Shown in pieces: positions 62,960-64,000 of a DNA stretch of 64,000 nucleotides. The notes under the pieces are model-generated. The model ran no database searches. It worked only from the letters and a program-made list of their open reading frames with translations, and was not told where the DNA came from. The position numbers and the translations under genes are program-made. The first letter of the stretch is position 1. Each line of letters opens with the position of its first letter. This DNA comes from Azolla caroliniana (Eukaryota > Plantae > Polypodiophyta). Where the stretch lies: assembly GCA_043228905.1 (NCBI GenBank), contig JBHGNT010000001.1:15376001-15440000 (forward strand), given 5' to 3'.

Positions 62960-63313
62960 TGCAAGTTCCCAATATAAGGATTCTTGAATCATGTACGATT
63001 TTTCGTAATCTATATGCATCCTACTTGTTCCTTTATTGATGCAACTTGATTAAGTTTAGTAGGCACATGACTCAACTGGTCGACAATAGCATGGTTTATA
63101 CCATTGTTAGAAGAAGGGCCTCCATTGTTAAATGATTTTGGAGAATTCATTGAGGAATTCATAGCATGTATAGGGTTTAGGGTTTATGGAAACATGGATA
63201 ACATGAGAACAACCATCAACAAAATTCGAAGGTCTCCACAAGGAGAACGACTAGCTTTGATAAATGGAGAAGAATTCTATCTTCTTACTTGTGATATTTC
63301 TTGGCATGAATAA
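62960..63313 (+). pseudogene. Decayed G2-like (Tcn1-type) gag fragment
   Basis: AWFIPLLE..RTTINKIRR..LLTCDISW aligns with G2 AWFAPLLE..RTTINKIHR..LLACDIPW. Confidence 0.8.
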
Positions 63314-64000
63314 GTTGATCGTAATCTTAATAGGACTTAATCACTTATGAGAGACAAAAACATAGCAAGATACACAACAAAAACTATGTACAATGCACCA
63401 CAAATTTTTACATAGAAAACCCTCAAAGAGGTAAAACTACAGGACCTAGTCTGTATCCATGCAAACCTTATACACGAAAGCTCTATTTTAAACAAGTTAG
63501 AGTACTATGAGAAAGAAAGAAATGTGAGGTTTTCTCAACAACTAAACCCAACTAAAAGACACAAAAATAACCACAAAAAACTCACAACACATGGCTGATG
63601 ACGGAGGCGGCCATGTTTGAGATGTGGGCGTTTAATGGTGTAACGAAGAACGCTAAAGAAACGGGCCAAGAAAGTGAGTATGATCTATTTTTCTTCTGCT
63701 ACAGAAAAATGCGCGTTTTTTTTCTTTTAATTCACTCTCAAAAGTGAGTATAGATGTGTAACTACATGTAACTGTGATCCCTTTTCACACAATTTAAAAA
63801 TATAAGTTTTGGGCGTCCAAGGCCCATTTACACACTAAAAAATGTGGATAGAAAACCTAACATAAGCGTTAGTGGAACAACTTTAATATGGGCTACATAG
63901 TGGTGTTAAAGATCTTCTTCTCATTTTTCTTGAGGAGCCATGCTCATTGTCAATTGAGGTAAACTCGAGTAGTACGAATGTCAATAAACTTTCTAAGTGC

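Overview
Plant genomic DNA, probably from a non-seed plant such as a moss, lycophyte or fern (inferred from a Tcn1-like chromovirus). Positions 1-48.4 kb are a deeply nested LTR-retrotransposon island, resolved by LTR termini, primer-binding sites (PBS), polypurine tracts (PPT) and target-site duplications (TSD). It holds Met-primed Copia elements, two chromoviruses and seven pieces of a tRNA-Trp-primed family; all coding regions are decayed. Positions 49-64 kb hold one intact-looking three-exon gene on the minus strand (signal peptide, two 8-cysteine LTP domains, SPn linkers, GPI-like tail), scrambled relics of its own duplications and more retroelements. Main observations: (1) antisense tRNA-like A-box/B-box modules at tRNA spacing in the U3 of LTRs from two unrelated lineages; (2) the Trp-primed family makes 4-bp TSDs that all fit RCGY once CpG decay is allowed; (3) a Tf1-type self-priming signature; (4) a covarying hairpin around the Copia PPT; (5) a nascent 242-bp satellite made from RT coding sequence; (6) module-wise birth and death of LTP domains in the gene.
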